From IMG/VR virus record IMGVR_UViG_3300010885_055964, positions 96,001-160,000 of that record: a stretch of DNA of 64,000 bases, one strand, 5' to 3'. The notes under the pieces are model-generated. The model was not told the origin of the DNA, did no database searches, and saw only the letters and a list, made by a program, of their open reading frames with translations. The position numbers were made by a program, and so were the translations under genes. Numbering within the stretch: the first letter of the stretch is position 1; every line of letters begins with the position of its first letter. Origin of the DNA: a virus. Positions 48,296-58,019 of this stretch are shown here, piece after piece.

Positions 48296-51241
48296 ATGGC
48301 TCAGAATCAGAATCCAACGGCTAGCCAATCCGTAAAAATGGATAGTCGTAAATTTCTGGGAGCTTTGAACGATTCAGCTCAGGCTCGTATCACATACTTC
48401 GAGGACAAGATCGCTAGCATGGGCCAGCATGCCGGTAAGAATTACCGGCTGGTAGCTCTACATGCTAAAAACTTATACTTTGAGGATATCGACGCCAACA
48501 ATTTCTATGTGGCTGACCACATAAGAGATAAGGGTAACAAGGTATCAATTTCTAATATCCGTAAGGTGGACATCGTCGAAGAAGAGAAAGCTTCTCTCTT
48601 CGGTGAGTCATGTCTCAAGTTAATCAATGCCATCGAAGAGAATGATCAGAAGGGCATGGGAGCGGCATTCAATAGAATGAGTGCCCAACGGTTTTCTAGC
48701 CGGGTAGTTCCCTTTTCTGGTATGGTTAAAGGTAGAGACAATGTTACTCGTAAGATTACGATCTCGAGCAACACGAACTTAAGCGAAGATATTAGACATA
48801 AATTGATAAGCACCATAGTCGAGAGTCTCCGAGATAAGGTGATCGTGGAAAATGGCCAGATAGTAGCAGGCCAGTTTGTAGATGGTGAGGCATTTAAGCT
48901 GCCAGTTACCAAATGGGCATCTCGTAAGCTAGTCGCTCGCAGAATGCGTGAGACAGCCCAGAATGCATATTGGTCAGAGGGCTTTCAAAAGAGGGTCTCT
49001 CATTGCGCAAGATTGGTAGCAGAAGGTAAGATTCAGGATGCCGTAAAATCGGTAACTACTTTCTTGAGCGAGAACGAAGAGTTTACGTTACTCAGACGTG
49101 ATCAAGTACAGACGTTGATAGAGAACGCTCTCGCTACCAAAGCGGTGTTTAATGACCAATTGGCGACTGACACAGCCACGCTATTCTACAGAACCAATAT
49201 GCGTTTAAGTCGCCATAAGATTATCGACGAGTGGAGAAACATAGCAAGAAAGGCAGAGCATCCTGTCTTAGCAGAAAACGTGCACATACTCGAGTCTGCC
49301 TCGAATTTCGAGCCGGCTTACGATAAGTTCTTGACCCTTATCTTTGAGGCATTCAGCAACAAAGATGTGGCTGCTTCGGCTCTAGCGACGACTCTTACCA
49401 CGTTGATGGACAAGACTCCAAAGATCAAGGAGTCAAATGAGCTTTCCAGTAAGCTCAATGGTCTTATCAGTCGTCTGTCTGGTAAGGATTGCGATGATGC
49501 AGCGATTTATGAAGCTGAGGATTTAATAGCGACAATCCAAGAGGAATTGTCTGCTGCTGATTCGCTTAGCAATTTCGATATGATGCCTGGCGATGAGAAT
49601 GATGTCTCGAGCGTACTGAACAAGGGCCAAGGCCAAGGCCAGCCAATCATTAATATCAATTCTCCACTTATCCAGATAGGTGGGCAGAGTGGTAAGAATG
49701 ATCAAACTGAAGATGAAATACCGGCACTCGATGATGATAACGACGTTGACGAGCTAAGTGCGTTATTGGGTGCAGGTGATGAAGCTCCAGCACCTGCTCC
49801 TGCCCCGGCCCCTGCCGCGAAACCAGCTGCTGCACCAGCTGCTCCTGCCGCACCAGCCGCACCAGCTGCTTCAGGTAATCCTTTCGAAAGCAAGAAGTCG
49901 CGAAAAGCCATCAATGAATCGAGACCGGTTCATTATGAGATGAGAAGAGATGGTATAGACGATGATATGCCAGAAGATGAAGACAATGTGGAAGAGAGCC
50001 GTGACCCATATGCCATAGCCAAGGGCGAATTAGACATAGCTGAAAGTGGTAGGCTGATGTCCGACTACGGGGCACCAGTTATCAATGATTCAGCAGATGT
50101 GCAGCGGATCGTAAAGATCATCAATAGACTAGCTGAAGAGCACCAGCTCGAGGGTGAGCAGTTGCAGGGTAATCTGGTGTACATGGCCGAAGCAGCAATA
50201 AAGGCTATAGGGTTGAGAATACCGGAAGGCAGAATGAACAAGGCTGTCGAGCAATGCCTAGAAATGTACGAGTCACAGTCTAAGAAGTTGCCAGACTTTA
50301 TCAAGAATAAGATGAAGGATGATGATGACTGTGATGACGAAACTGAAGAGGACATGGCTGAGGATCAGCGTAAGGGTCCCCGGATCAGGAAGAATGGTTA
50401 TGCTCGTAGTGCAATAGCAGCGAGAGAACTCAAAGAATCAATCCAGTGGAATCAGACACAGTCTGACGCTTTATTGGGAGAGATGGCCGGTGTCGGGTTC
50501 ATATTTGACCATGGTGGTGACTCCCAATTGAAGCCAGTAATACTGTCTGAGGATGGGTCTGTCGAGATCCCTGTCCCAGAAGAGATTGTGGAAAGTGCTT
50601 ATGCTAGTGCCGGTTTGTTAGATGGTGATGGCCGTAAGTTCGAGGGGTGGCTAAGAGGGTCATTGGAACAATTGAGGCCCATCCTTGACGATGAGGACAC
50701 AGCTCTAGCCGAAGCAATGGCCACAATCAGGACTAATCCAGACGGTTCGTTATCTGTCGAAGTCACAGACGATGTAGACGTTCAAGACGTCCCGAGTTCA
50801 GATGATCTAGACGATTCTGTCGGTATGGCACCAGTGGATTCTGTTACCACATCGGCAGATATTGGTGATGACCTAGGCGACGATGGCGGAATGCCAGACT
50901 TTGAGAAATTTGGTGGAGATTCTGAAGACGAGTCAGAAGATGAATCTGATGAATCTGATGATATGGAATCGGATGAATCTGATGATACGGAATCAGAAGA
51001 TGATTCAGAGGATGGCTCCGATGAGGATGAAGATGAGGACGGGATGTTCGAAGACAAGGACATCACTGACCCTAAGAACTCCAAGTACGCTAAGCATGTC
51101 AAGGAAGACCCTCGAGACATGCCAACTCCAAAGATGACCAAAGATAGCGATGATAAGTTAGATGGCATCGGACCAGACGTAAAAAAGGATGATGGCACTG
51201 GCACCAAGCCACCCACAGCTAGACCGATGAGCAAACAGTGA
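48296..51241 (+). CDS. Large acidic prohead core/inner-head protein (putative)
   Basis: 981 aa between portal and protease; Pro/Ala linker, Asp/Glu-rich tail and many (L/I)xE motifs. Confidence 0.5.
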   Translation: MAQNQNPTASQSVKMDSRKFLGALNDSAQARITYFEDKIASMGQHAGKNYRLVALHAKNLYFEDIDANNFYVADHIRDKGNKVSISNIRKVDIVEEEKASLFGESCLKLINAIEENDQKGMGAAFNRMSAQRFSSRVVPFSGMVKGRDNVTRKITISSNTNLSEDIRHKLISTIVESLRDKVIVENGQIVAGQFVDGEAFKLPVTKWASRKLVARRMRETAQNAYWSEGFQKRVSHCARLVAEGKIQDAVKSVTTFLSENEEFTLLRRDQVQTLIENALATKAVFNDQLATDTATLFYRTNMRLSRHKIIDEWRNIARKAEHPVLAENVHILESASNFEPAYDKFLTLIFEAFSNKDVAASALATTLTTLMDKTPKIKESNELSSKLNGLISRLSGKDCDDAAIYEAEDLIATIQEELSAADSLSNFDMMPGDENDVSSVLNKGQGQGQPIININSPLIQIGGQSGKNDQTEDEIPALDDDNDVDELSALLGAGDEAPAPAPAPAPAAKPAAAPAAPAAPAAPAASGNPFESKKSRKAINESRPVHYEMRRDGIDDDMPEDEDNVEESRDPYAIAKGELDIAESGRLMSDYGAPVINDSADVQRIVKIINRLAEEHQLEGEQLQGNLVYMAEAAIKAIGLRIPEGRMNKAVEQCLEMYESQSKKLPDFIKNKMKDDDDCDDETEEDMAEDQRKGPRIRKNGYARSAIAARELKESIQWNQTQSDALLGEMAGVGFIFDHGGDSQLKPVILSEDGSVEIPVPEEIVESAYASAGLLDGDGRKFEGWLRGSLEQLRPILDDEDTALAEAMATIRTNPDGSLSVEVTDDVDVQDVPSSDDLDDSVGMAPVDSVTTSADIGDDLGDDGGMPDFEKFGGDSEDESEDESDESDDMESDESDDTESEDDSEDGSDEDEDEDGMFEDKDITDPKNSKYAKHVKEDPRDMPTPKMTKDSDDKLDGIGPDVKKDDGTGTKPPTARPMSKQ

Positions 51242-51255
51242 TAATGGAGGCTGTG

Positions 51256-51990
51256 ATGATACCAACTAGAAAACGAGTCGCCGACATAATGCGTGCTTCT
51301 AATTTTGACAGAAGAGTGATAGCAGAGACTGGTGTTCTGCCGGTTGGCTCCAAGTTGATAAGAGACACTTTTGCATTCGATGTCATAGACAAGAAAGAAG
51401 TAGTTATTGAGGGCAAGAATGGGTCGGAGATACCTGCGATGCGGGTGTCTGGTCTGATACAGATGGGCGATCGTGAAAATGCGAATGGTAGACTATACTC
51501 TACTGCTGAGGTTTTAAGGCCAGCAGTTCAGAATATACAGGAAGATATTCAGTCCAGGGCTGTGATGGGTGAATATGATCATCCAGCAGACGCCAAAATA
51601 CATCTAGATAGAGTCAGTCATTTGATGACTAAGGTATGGATGGACGGCAGAAAGGTGTATGGCGAGGCAGAGATATTATACAACCTGCCGTGTGGTGCTT
51701 GCTTGCGTGGACTATTCGAACATAAAGTCAGAGTTGGCATATCATCACGCGGTGTAGGCGATATGGAAGTAGTTGAGAGTTCTGGTAAAGAACTATACCG
51801 CGTAATGCCAGGATACAACTTTGTCACATGGGATGCTGTTGCCGAACCTTCAGTAAATGGGGCAATACTTAATATTCAAGAGGGATTAGCACGTAAGATA
51901 AAGCCATTGAGCAATAATAAACATAAATTTAATCCTGAATTATATCAGGGTATATTAGTTAAAGAAATAAACAAATATTTTGGTCTGTAA
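51256..51990 (+). CDS. gp21: Prohead maturation protease
   Basis: NANGR.Y, GEYDHP, VSH, P.G..L, VGISSRG.G and WD.V..PS motifs; SD GGAGG at 51246-51250 favours ATG 51256. Confidence 0.93.
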   Translation: MIPTRKRVADIMRASNFDRRVIAETGVLPVGSKLIRDTFAFDVIDKKEVVIEGKNGSEIPAMRVSGLIQMGDRENANGRLYSTAEVLRPAVQNIQEDIQSRAVMGEYDHPADAKIHLDRVSHLMTKVWMDGRKVYGEAEILYNLPCGACLRGLFEHKVRVGISSRGVGDMEVVESSGKELYRVMPGYNFVTWDAVAEPSVNGAILNIQEGLARKIKPLSNNKHKFNPELYQGILVKEINKYFGL

Positions 51991-52004
51991 CAAATAGCTT
52001 GGCT

Positions 52005-52037
52005 TAACCTCGTCTAGTATATAACCAGGCGAGGTTA
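52005..52037 (+). promoter_or_regulatory. RBS-sequestering hairpin upstream of the endonuclease gene
   Basis: TAACCTCGTCT (52005-52015) pairs with AGGCGAGGTTA (52027-52037) with one G-U pair, enclosing AGTATATAACC; the SD GAGG is in the 3' arm and the ATG is at 52039. Confidence 0.7.
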
Positions 52038-52038
52038 T

Positions 52039-53613
52039 ATGATAGACTGGACTCTTTCTAATTATAATGTGAATAATGTAAAGAATCGATGTATAGTCAT
52101 AGTAGTATGTGAATCCTGTGATCGAAAACGTGAACAATCGTATCAAGTGGCTAAGAGAAAGCCTACACATATATGTATGTCTTGCGTTCAATCTAAAAAT
52201 AAACATGGTAATTTTAAAACTGGCCAATTAGTCATTCATAGATGTACTTGTGGTATAGAGAAGGAATTAAAATACAGACCAAATAGATATGAAGGATGGC
52301 AATGCCACCATTGTGCGATGGTGCAGGGTCACAAGGATGGTAAATTTAAGATAACCCGTAATGTACCATCAGAGGAAGGTAAGAAGAGATTATCTATTAT
52401 AGCCAAGCAGAGATGGAATGATCCAGCGTATAGGGAAACAATGGCTGCTAAAAAAGCAGCTTCTAGGGACAAAAGATCCGCGATATCCAAACGACAGTGG
52501 TCGGATGATGATAGATTAAGGGCCTTGTCAGAGTCACTTAAAAAATTATGGCTAGATGAAGAATATAGGGCTGTAAAGACCAATCAAAGTAGGCAGCTAT
52601 GGTCAAATGAACTATACATAGAAGCACAATCCAATGGTTACAATAACGATGTAAGAAGAACCATATCTGAAAGTAGTGCAAAAAGATGGCAGGATGATAG
52701 CTATAAAGAGAAAATGGTTCACTATAGAGCTAATCAACCTAGGGTAAGTAATATACAGGTTTTACTATACAAATTGTTAGATGATTTGAATGTGACTTAT
52801 TTCAAAGAAGGATCAGAAACAGTAATAGGACCATATTCATTTGATTGTCTGATACCTGCCAAGAAGAAGTTATTAATAGAGTGTCAAGGAGACTATTGGC
52901 ATACTTTGGAAAAGGCGGCGAGTAGAGATAGAGCCAAGTTTACTTATATTAATAGATATTTCCCAGAACATGAAATAATGTATATCTGGGAACACGAATT
53001 CTATGCTAAAGACAAGGTGTTAGGGCGGCTAAAACACAAACTAGGAATAGATATCTTAGTAGAGGAATATGACTTTAGTGATGTAACGATTAAAGATGAT
53101 ATCAAAGCTGCAGATATAAATAACTTTTTAGATGCATATCATTATATTGGTAAAGGTAGATCTGGGCATAATTTTGGAGCTTATTTAGGTGATCAACTAA
53201 TTGGTTGCGTCGTATACTCTAATTTAGTTAGACAAAATATTGCACACCAATTTGATGGATCGTGTGTTGAATTGTCTAGGTTATGCATCCATCCCAAATA
53301 TCAAAAGCATAATTTAGCTAGTTATTTTGTTTCGAGGACATTTAAAAACCTAAAATATAACAATGTGGTGAGTTATTGTGATACTACTGTTGGACATACA
53401 GGAGCTGTCTATAAGTCGCTTGGGTTTACATTGCACCATGAGGTAGATCCTGATTATTGGTATGTTGATATTAATGGGTGGGTAATGCATAAGAAGACAT
53501 TATATGAGCGTGCTAAGAAAATGAGCATCAAAGAGAATGATTACGCTCACCGATTTGGATATATTAGGATATATGGCGGCAAGAAATATTGCTTTGTCAA
53601 GCAATTATATTAA
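52039..53613 (+). CDS. Free-standing endonuclease fusion A: zinc ribbons + basic repeats + DUF559/Vsr-like nuclease + Mom-like GNAT domain
   Basis: CxxC pairs; K.RW.D..Y repeats; FD..IP...LIECQGDYWH...D..K...WEHE; YHY.G...GAY...ELSR.C...SYCD...H.GA.YK motifs. Confidence 0.7.
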   Translation: MIDWTLSNYNVNNVKNRCIVIVVCESCDRKREQSYQVAKRKPTHICMSCVQSKNKHGNFKTGQLVIHRCTCGIEKELKYRPNRYEGWQCHHCAMVQGHKDGKFKITRNVPSEEGKKRLSIIAKQRWNDPAYRETMAAKKAASRDKRSAISKRQWSDDDRLRALSESLKKLWLDEEYRAVKTNQSRQLWSNELYIEAQSNGYNNDVRRTISESSAKRWQDDSYKEKMVHYRANQPRVSNIQVLLYKLLDDLNVTYFKEGSETVIGPYSFDCLIPAKKKLLIECQGDYWHTLEKAASRDRAKFTYINRYFPEHEIMYIWEHEFYAKDKVLGRLKHKLGIDILVEEYDFSDVTIKDDIKAADINNFLDAYHYIGKGRSGHNFGAYLGDQLIGCVVYSNLVRQNIAHQFDGSCVELSRLCIHPKYQKHNLASYFVSRTFKNLKYNNVVSYCDTTVGHTGAVYKSLGFTLHHEVDPDYWYVDINGWVMHKKTLYERAKKMSIKENDYAHRFGYIRIYGGKKYCFVKQLY

Positions 53614-53653
53614 TATTATCTGTCAAATATAAATATAACCAAAGGAGAATTAT

Positions 53654-54001
53654 ATGAAGGTATCTAGTGAATACGGACCTTTACATGTGAATATGCTTGC
53701 TTCTAGCGTTAATAAGTCGATGAAAACAGTATATTTTTGGATAATGAATACTTTAAATCCCAAAGAGAATATTACATTTGGGTTTGAACATGATTCGGTT
53801 TATGTGGGAGCTAGGGCTGACGTCGAGGGTTCATCTGGGGTATATGGTTGGGCATTGATAGCCCACCGAGATGGTACTGCAACACTTCAAGTAAGAGATG
53901 AAAAAGGTGGTGCAGTAACAGTAGACTTGCTTAAGGCCGCTAGGGTTTTGAAGCGGCTTATAGATGCTGAAGATACTAATGCTAGCCAAGACGATGAATA
54001 A
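53654..54001 (+). CDS. Hypothetical protein
   Basis: SD AAGGAG; 115 aa. Confidence 0.65.
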   Translation: MKVSSEYGPLHVNMLASSVNKSMKTVYFWIMNTLNPKENITFGFEHDSVYVGARADVEGSSGVYGWALIAHRDGTATLQVRDEKGGAVTVDLLKAARVLKRLIDAEDTNASQDDE

Positions 54002-54096
54002 TAAAATACCTGGATTTAATCAAAGATATATAGTAAATAGGGAATGCTCGACTCAGGCAAAAATAACATTACACGTTATCAGTGAGGAGTTAAGAG

Positions 54097-54816
54097 ATGG
54101 ATAAGATTAAGGCGCTTCTCGAAAAAGCTGGTGTCAAGAGTGAGTTGGCTGACCAGATATGCGAGTCGCTGGCCAATTATAAGACATCTCTACGTCAACA
54201 ATTCAATCAAGAGTATGCTGCTAAGGTCGAGCAGGCCAAGAAGGTCTGCGTTGAAGAGACTGAGGCGCATAAGAGAGAACTTGCACGTCGTGTGCAGATT
54301 TGGTGTGAAACGAAGGGGACAGCGATCGAGGCACAACTTGCTAGGCAGTCGGCCCTTAACGAATCCGATGCCATGTCCAGGCTAACCCGCATAGTAGGAT
54401 TACTAGAGGGTATTGAGCCAAATGGCGGGCAAAGCGGTGAAGTTACAGCCACAATAGAGAAGCTCAAGCAACAGGTCAAAGTCGCATCTGAGGGGAAGGT
54501 TCAAGCAATCGAACTTGCTAATCGCAAGACAGCGATTGCAGAAAAGGCTCTTAAGCGTAACCGGCAATTGGCAACTGCTCTGAAGACACTCGAAGAGCGG
54601 AAGCAACAGGCCCGCCCTGCTAATACCGTTTCGGAAGGAAGGGTACCAGCAAAGGCAGCCCGGATTGATCAGTCACGTGATTCTGGTCGTTCCAGATCAA
54701 CTAGAGCTACCCTCACTGAGAATCAGGATCGTCGTCCAGTGCAGCAGCAAAGACCGTCGACTAATGGTTTCAGCATCGACAACATTGCCGCTGACATGGA
54801 CAGCGATCTAGTTTAA
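54097..54816 (+). CDS. Prohead scaffold/core protein (gp22-like)
   Basis: SD GAGGAG; coiled-coil, charged; immediately upstream of the major capsid gene. Confidence 0.75.
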   Translation: MDKIKALLEKAGVKSELADQICESLANYKTSLRQQFNQEYAAKVEQAKKVCVEETEAHKRELARRVQIWCETKGTAIEAQLARQSALNESDAMSRLTRIVGLLEGIEPNGGQSGEVTATIEKLKQQVKVASEGKVQAIELANRKTAIAEKALKRNRQLATALKTLEERKQQARPANTVSEGRVPAKAARIDQSRDSGRSRSTRATLTENQDRRPVQQQRPSTNGFSIDNIAADMDSDLV

Positions 54817-54866
54817 CTTGTACTTGACCCAATAACAGAGCATTTTTTTATTTAGGAGCAACAAAG

Positions 54867-56495
54867 ATGGCACTGGCTAGAACTGGTAGAACTGGAATGA
54901 GCAGAACTGGAATGAGCAGAACTGGAATGAGCAGAACCGGTTGGACCGGCAGACACCTACAGAACCGTATGGTTACTGAGGCTTCCGATCCCCATCGTGC
55001 ATCTGTCGTGCTCGAGTCCAAGAAGAACCAACTCGTTAAGAAGTGGTCGCCAGTTCTTAACAAGTGCCGTGAGGTTCCCAAGGCCAAGTTCGGCCTGATG
55101 GCTTCGATCCTGGAAAACCAGTACAATGCCTGGAATCCAGGTAATCGATCGATGCTGTTAGAGGATCAGACCACCACGGCTAACATAGCAGACTTCACCC
55201 GGTTTGCTCTGCCCCTGATTCGCAAGTCGTATCCCAAGCTCATTGCTGACAATCTGGTTGGCGTTCAGCCAATGAGCCAGCCAGCAAGCTTGATCTTCTA
55301 CATCAGATATCGTTATGCCCTTTCCAAGGGTCAGACGGTAGCTGGTACGCAGATCATGCGTCAGAACACCGCCCAGAGCTACTCACGCTCTAACGGTTGG
55401 GCACTCGATCCTTACTACAGCTCGCAAGAGGTTCGTGGTGAGGACGCTACGGTTGCTGGCGATTTGATGAACGTATCAGCCACCCTGGCACACCGACCAG
55501 TTCTTGCTGGTACGGTAGTGGTCGAGGTGTTTGCGAGTGAGAACGACGCAAGTCCCAACTGCGATGACGCAGTACCTTGCCTCAGAGTGGGCTTCAACAG
55601 TGCTGGCGATCCGGACGTGGTGCTAATCGGTGACTGCACCGAGTTTACTTCGACCCTAGCAGTAAACGAGTCTGGTTCGAACTTCAATCACGCTACCGGT
55701 GCGGTTAATATCGCACTGTCGGGTGGTTCTTTCCCAGCTGGTGCTGTGGCACGGGTTAACTACGAGTACGATCTCGAGGCTAACCCTTTCCAGCCAGAAG
55801 TGACCATGAGCATCGACAGTGATAGCGTTTCGGCTATACAACGTAAGCTCAAGACCAGCTGGAGCTTGGAGGCGGCTCAGGATCTTAAGGCTGTTCACAA
55901 CATCGATGCCGAGAGCACTCTCACCGACCTTATGGCCGATGAGATGGTCGCGGAACTCGATCGTGAAATCATCAATGACTTGATCATTGCTGCAGCTATC
56001 CGTGCTGAGCACAACTTCGCGACCGCAGCCGGTGCTTCGGTTAACTTCACAGACCGCAACATCGCTCTGATGTACAAGGCTCTGGAAGTTGCCAACATCA
56101 TCCACCGTACCACTCTCCGTGGTCCGGCTAACTGGATGGTGATGAGTGCTGACCTCTGCAGCAAGTTCGAGCAGTTGAACGATTTCCGTGCCAGTGATGC
56201 TTTCAGCACCGAGGGTGTTGACATCGGCATCATGAACGTCGGGACTGTTCAGGGCAAGATGAAGATCTACAAGGATCCACTCTTCCCAAGCTGCAAGATC
56301 CTTCTAGGGTTCAAGGGTAGCAGCGTCCTCGACGCTGGTTACTTCTACGCTCCCTACATTCCGTTGCTAAGCACCCCGACCGTGATGGATCCCAACAGCT
56401 TCACCCCAAGCAAGGGCATCATGACCCGCTACGGGAAGAAGCTCATAGAGGACGGTGGTCTTTACTACGGTGTGATCACTGTCAGCAACCTCTGA
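54867..56495 (+). CDS. gp23: Major capsid protein (gp23-like)
   Basis: KW.P.L, A.LLENQ-like segment, VGVQPM..P...IF..RY, RKLK..WS.EAAQDL.A.H.ID.E, EI.AE..REI and FYAPYIPL motifs. Confidence 0.97.
   Translation: MALARTGRTGMSRTGMSRTGMSRTGWTGRHLQNRMVTEASDPHRASVVLESKKNQLVKKWSPVLNKCREVPKAKFGLMASILENQYNAWNPGNRSMLLEDQTTTANIADFTRFALPLIRKSYPKLIADNLVGVQPMSQPASLIFYIRYRYALSKGQTVAGTQIMRQNTAQSYSRSNGWALDPYYSSQEVRGEDATVAGDLMNVSATLAHRPVLAGTVVVEVFASENDASPNCDDAVPCLRVGFNSAGDPDVVLIGDCTEFTSTLAVNESGSNFNHATGAVNIALSGGSFPAGAVARVNYEYDLEANPFQPEVTMSIDSDSVSAIQRKLKTSWSLEAAQDLKAVHNIDAESTLTDLMADEMVAELDREIINDLIIAAAIRAEHNFATAAGASVNFTDRNIALMYKALEVANIIHRTTLRGPANWMVMSADLCSKFEQLNDFRASDAFSTEGVDIGIMNVGTVQGKMKIYKDPLFPSCKILLGFKGSSVLDAGYFYAPYIPLLSTPTVMDPNSFTPSKGIMTRYGKKLIEDGGLYYGVITVSNL
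54879..54941 (+). repeat. 15-nt tandem repeat in the capsid leader (RTGMS x3 plus partial copies)
   Basis: AGAACTGGAATGAGC in three perfect copies at 54888-54932, flanked by AGAACTGGT and AGAACCGGT. Confidence 0.95.
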
Positions 56496-56525
56496 GAACA
56501 AGCCCTTAATAAGGCTAATAATAAG

Positions 56526-56555
56526 AAACCCGGCCCGAAAGGGCCGGGTTTTTTT
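56526..56555 (+). terminator. Rho-independent terminator after the major capsid gene
   Basis: AAACCCGGCCC-GAAA-GGGCCGGGTTT followed by a T run. Confidence 0.95.
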
Positions 56556-56591
56556 ATGTATTTAAATGTGACTCGTTATGGGAAGAACATA

Positions 56592-58019
56592 ATGCCAATA
56601 CCAGTTAAAGATCAGTTTACTAATGATCAAATACAAGATATAAAAACCTTTTTTAATCAAGGGAAAACCAGAGCAGAGATAGGAGTAATTTATAATAAAC
56701 CACCTAGGACTATAGGGAAGTTATTAAATATTTTAGGAATTAAAAGATCACATTCCGAGGCTGCTAAATTAAAAATATTTTCACCAATAGACAATATGGA
56801 ATCTATAACTATAATAAAGTCAATGCGTAATACTCATAAGCTAGAAGATATAGCGACGAGCTTAAACTCTTCAATTAGTGCTGTTCAGAGGATATGCAAA
56901 AAATATGCTATAGATTTACCAACAGACTATCAAGAGCAGCAGGCGAAGAGGTTAAGGGATGCTTGGACCAATAGCATGAAAGAAGTAGCTTCTGTAAAAT
57001 CAAAACAAAGATGCACCGAAGATATAAGGAATAAACTAAGCAAGGCTTCTAAACTAAGGTGGAAAGAAGATAAATATAGAGAGGTCCAAGCCGAGCATAG
57101 GTCCAAACAAGCTTTTAATATATCATCTATTCAACAATATTTGTACGACATTTTGGATGATATAGGGGTAAAATATTATAGAGAATACAAAGACAAGCAG
57201 AATGATCCGGAGACTGTTATTGGGCCATATAATTTCGATTGTGTGATACCAAGAAATAATAAACCCACTCTTTTGATCGAATGCCAGGGAGATTATTGGC
57301 ACACAATAGATAAAACTATAAGGAAAGACAATCAGAAAAGTTCATATATATCCAACAACTTTGCGAATGAGTATGAACTGAAAACATTGTGGGAACATGA
57401 ATTCAAATGCCACGATAAGATCATGGAATTATTAAAATATTGGTTGGGTATAACCAAATTGGAAGTAATAGAATATGAGTTGAATCAGGTTATTATTAAG
57501 AAAATAGACGTTAAGGAAGCTAATACTCTACTAGACAAATATCATTACTTGTCTGGGTGTGGTAGAGGAGGAATTATCTATGGTGCGTATCTAGATGATA
57601 GATTAATAGCTGTTTGTTGTTTTTCATCATTAATTAGACAAAATCTGCCATATGATCATATTACTAGTAGGGAATTGTCTAGGTTCTGTATACATCCTAA
57701 ATATCAAATGAAAAATTTTGGTAGTTGGTTTATAGCACGATGTATAAAACTTCTTCCGGCCAGCATTAGTTTAATCATATCATACTGTGATACTACATTT
57801 AATCATGATGGGGCTTTATACAAGGCATGTAACTTCTCATTCGATGGCATGGTGCGACCAGATTATTGGTATGTTAATCAAACAAGATGGATTATGCACA
57901 AAAAGACTTTATATAAGCATGCGAAGAAGATGTCTATGACAGAGGTAGAATTCGCAGATAAGAATGGTTATAAGCGAGTGTATGGATCTGAGAAGTTAAG
58001 ATTCATATATCGAAGGTAA
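56592..58019 (+). CDS. Free-standing endonuclease fusion B: HTH + basic repeats + DUF559/Vsr-like nuclease + Mom-like GNAT domain
   Basis: Clear paralogue of 52039-53613 in its C-terminal part (LIECQGDYWHT, WEHEF, YHY, ELSRFC, ISYCDTT, PDYWYV, MHKKTLY). ATG 56556 abuts the terminator, so ATG 56592 is preferred. Confidence 0.7.
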   Translation: MPIPVKDQFTNDQIQDIKTFFNQGKTRAEIGVIYNKPPRTIGKLLNILGIKRSHSEAAKLKIFSPIDNMESITIIKSMRNTHKLEDIATSLNSSISAVQRICKKYAIDLPTDYQEQQAKRLRDAWTNSMKEVASVKSKQRCTEDIRNKLSKASKLRWKEDKYREVQAEHRSKQAFNISSIQQYLYDILDDIGVKYYREYKDKQNDPETVIGPYNFDCVIPRNNKPTLLIECQGDYWHTIDKTIRKDNQKSSYISNNFANEYELKTLWEHEFKCHDKIMELLKYWLGITKLEVIEYELNQVIIKKIDVKEANTLLDKYHYLSGCGRGGIIYGAYLDDRLIAVCCFSSLIRQNLPYDHITSRELSRFCIHPKYQMKNFGSWFIARCIKLLPASISLIISYCDTTFNHDGALYKACNFSFDGMVRPDYWYVNQTRWIMHKKTLYKHAKKMSMTEVEFADKNGYKRVYGSEKLRFIYRR

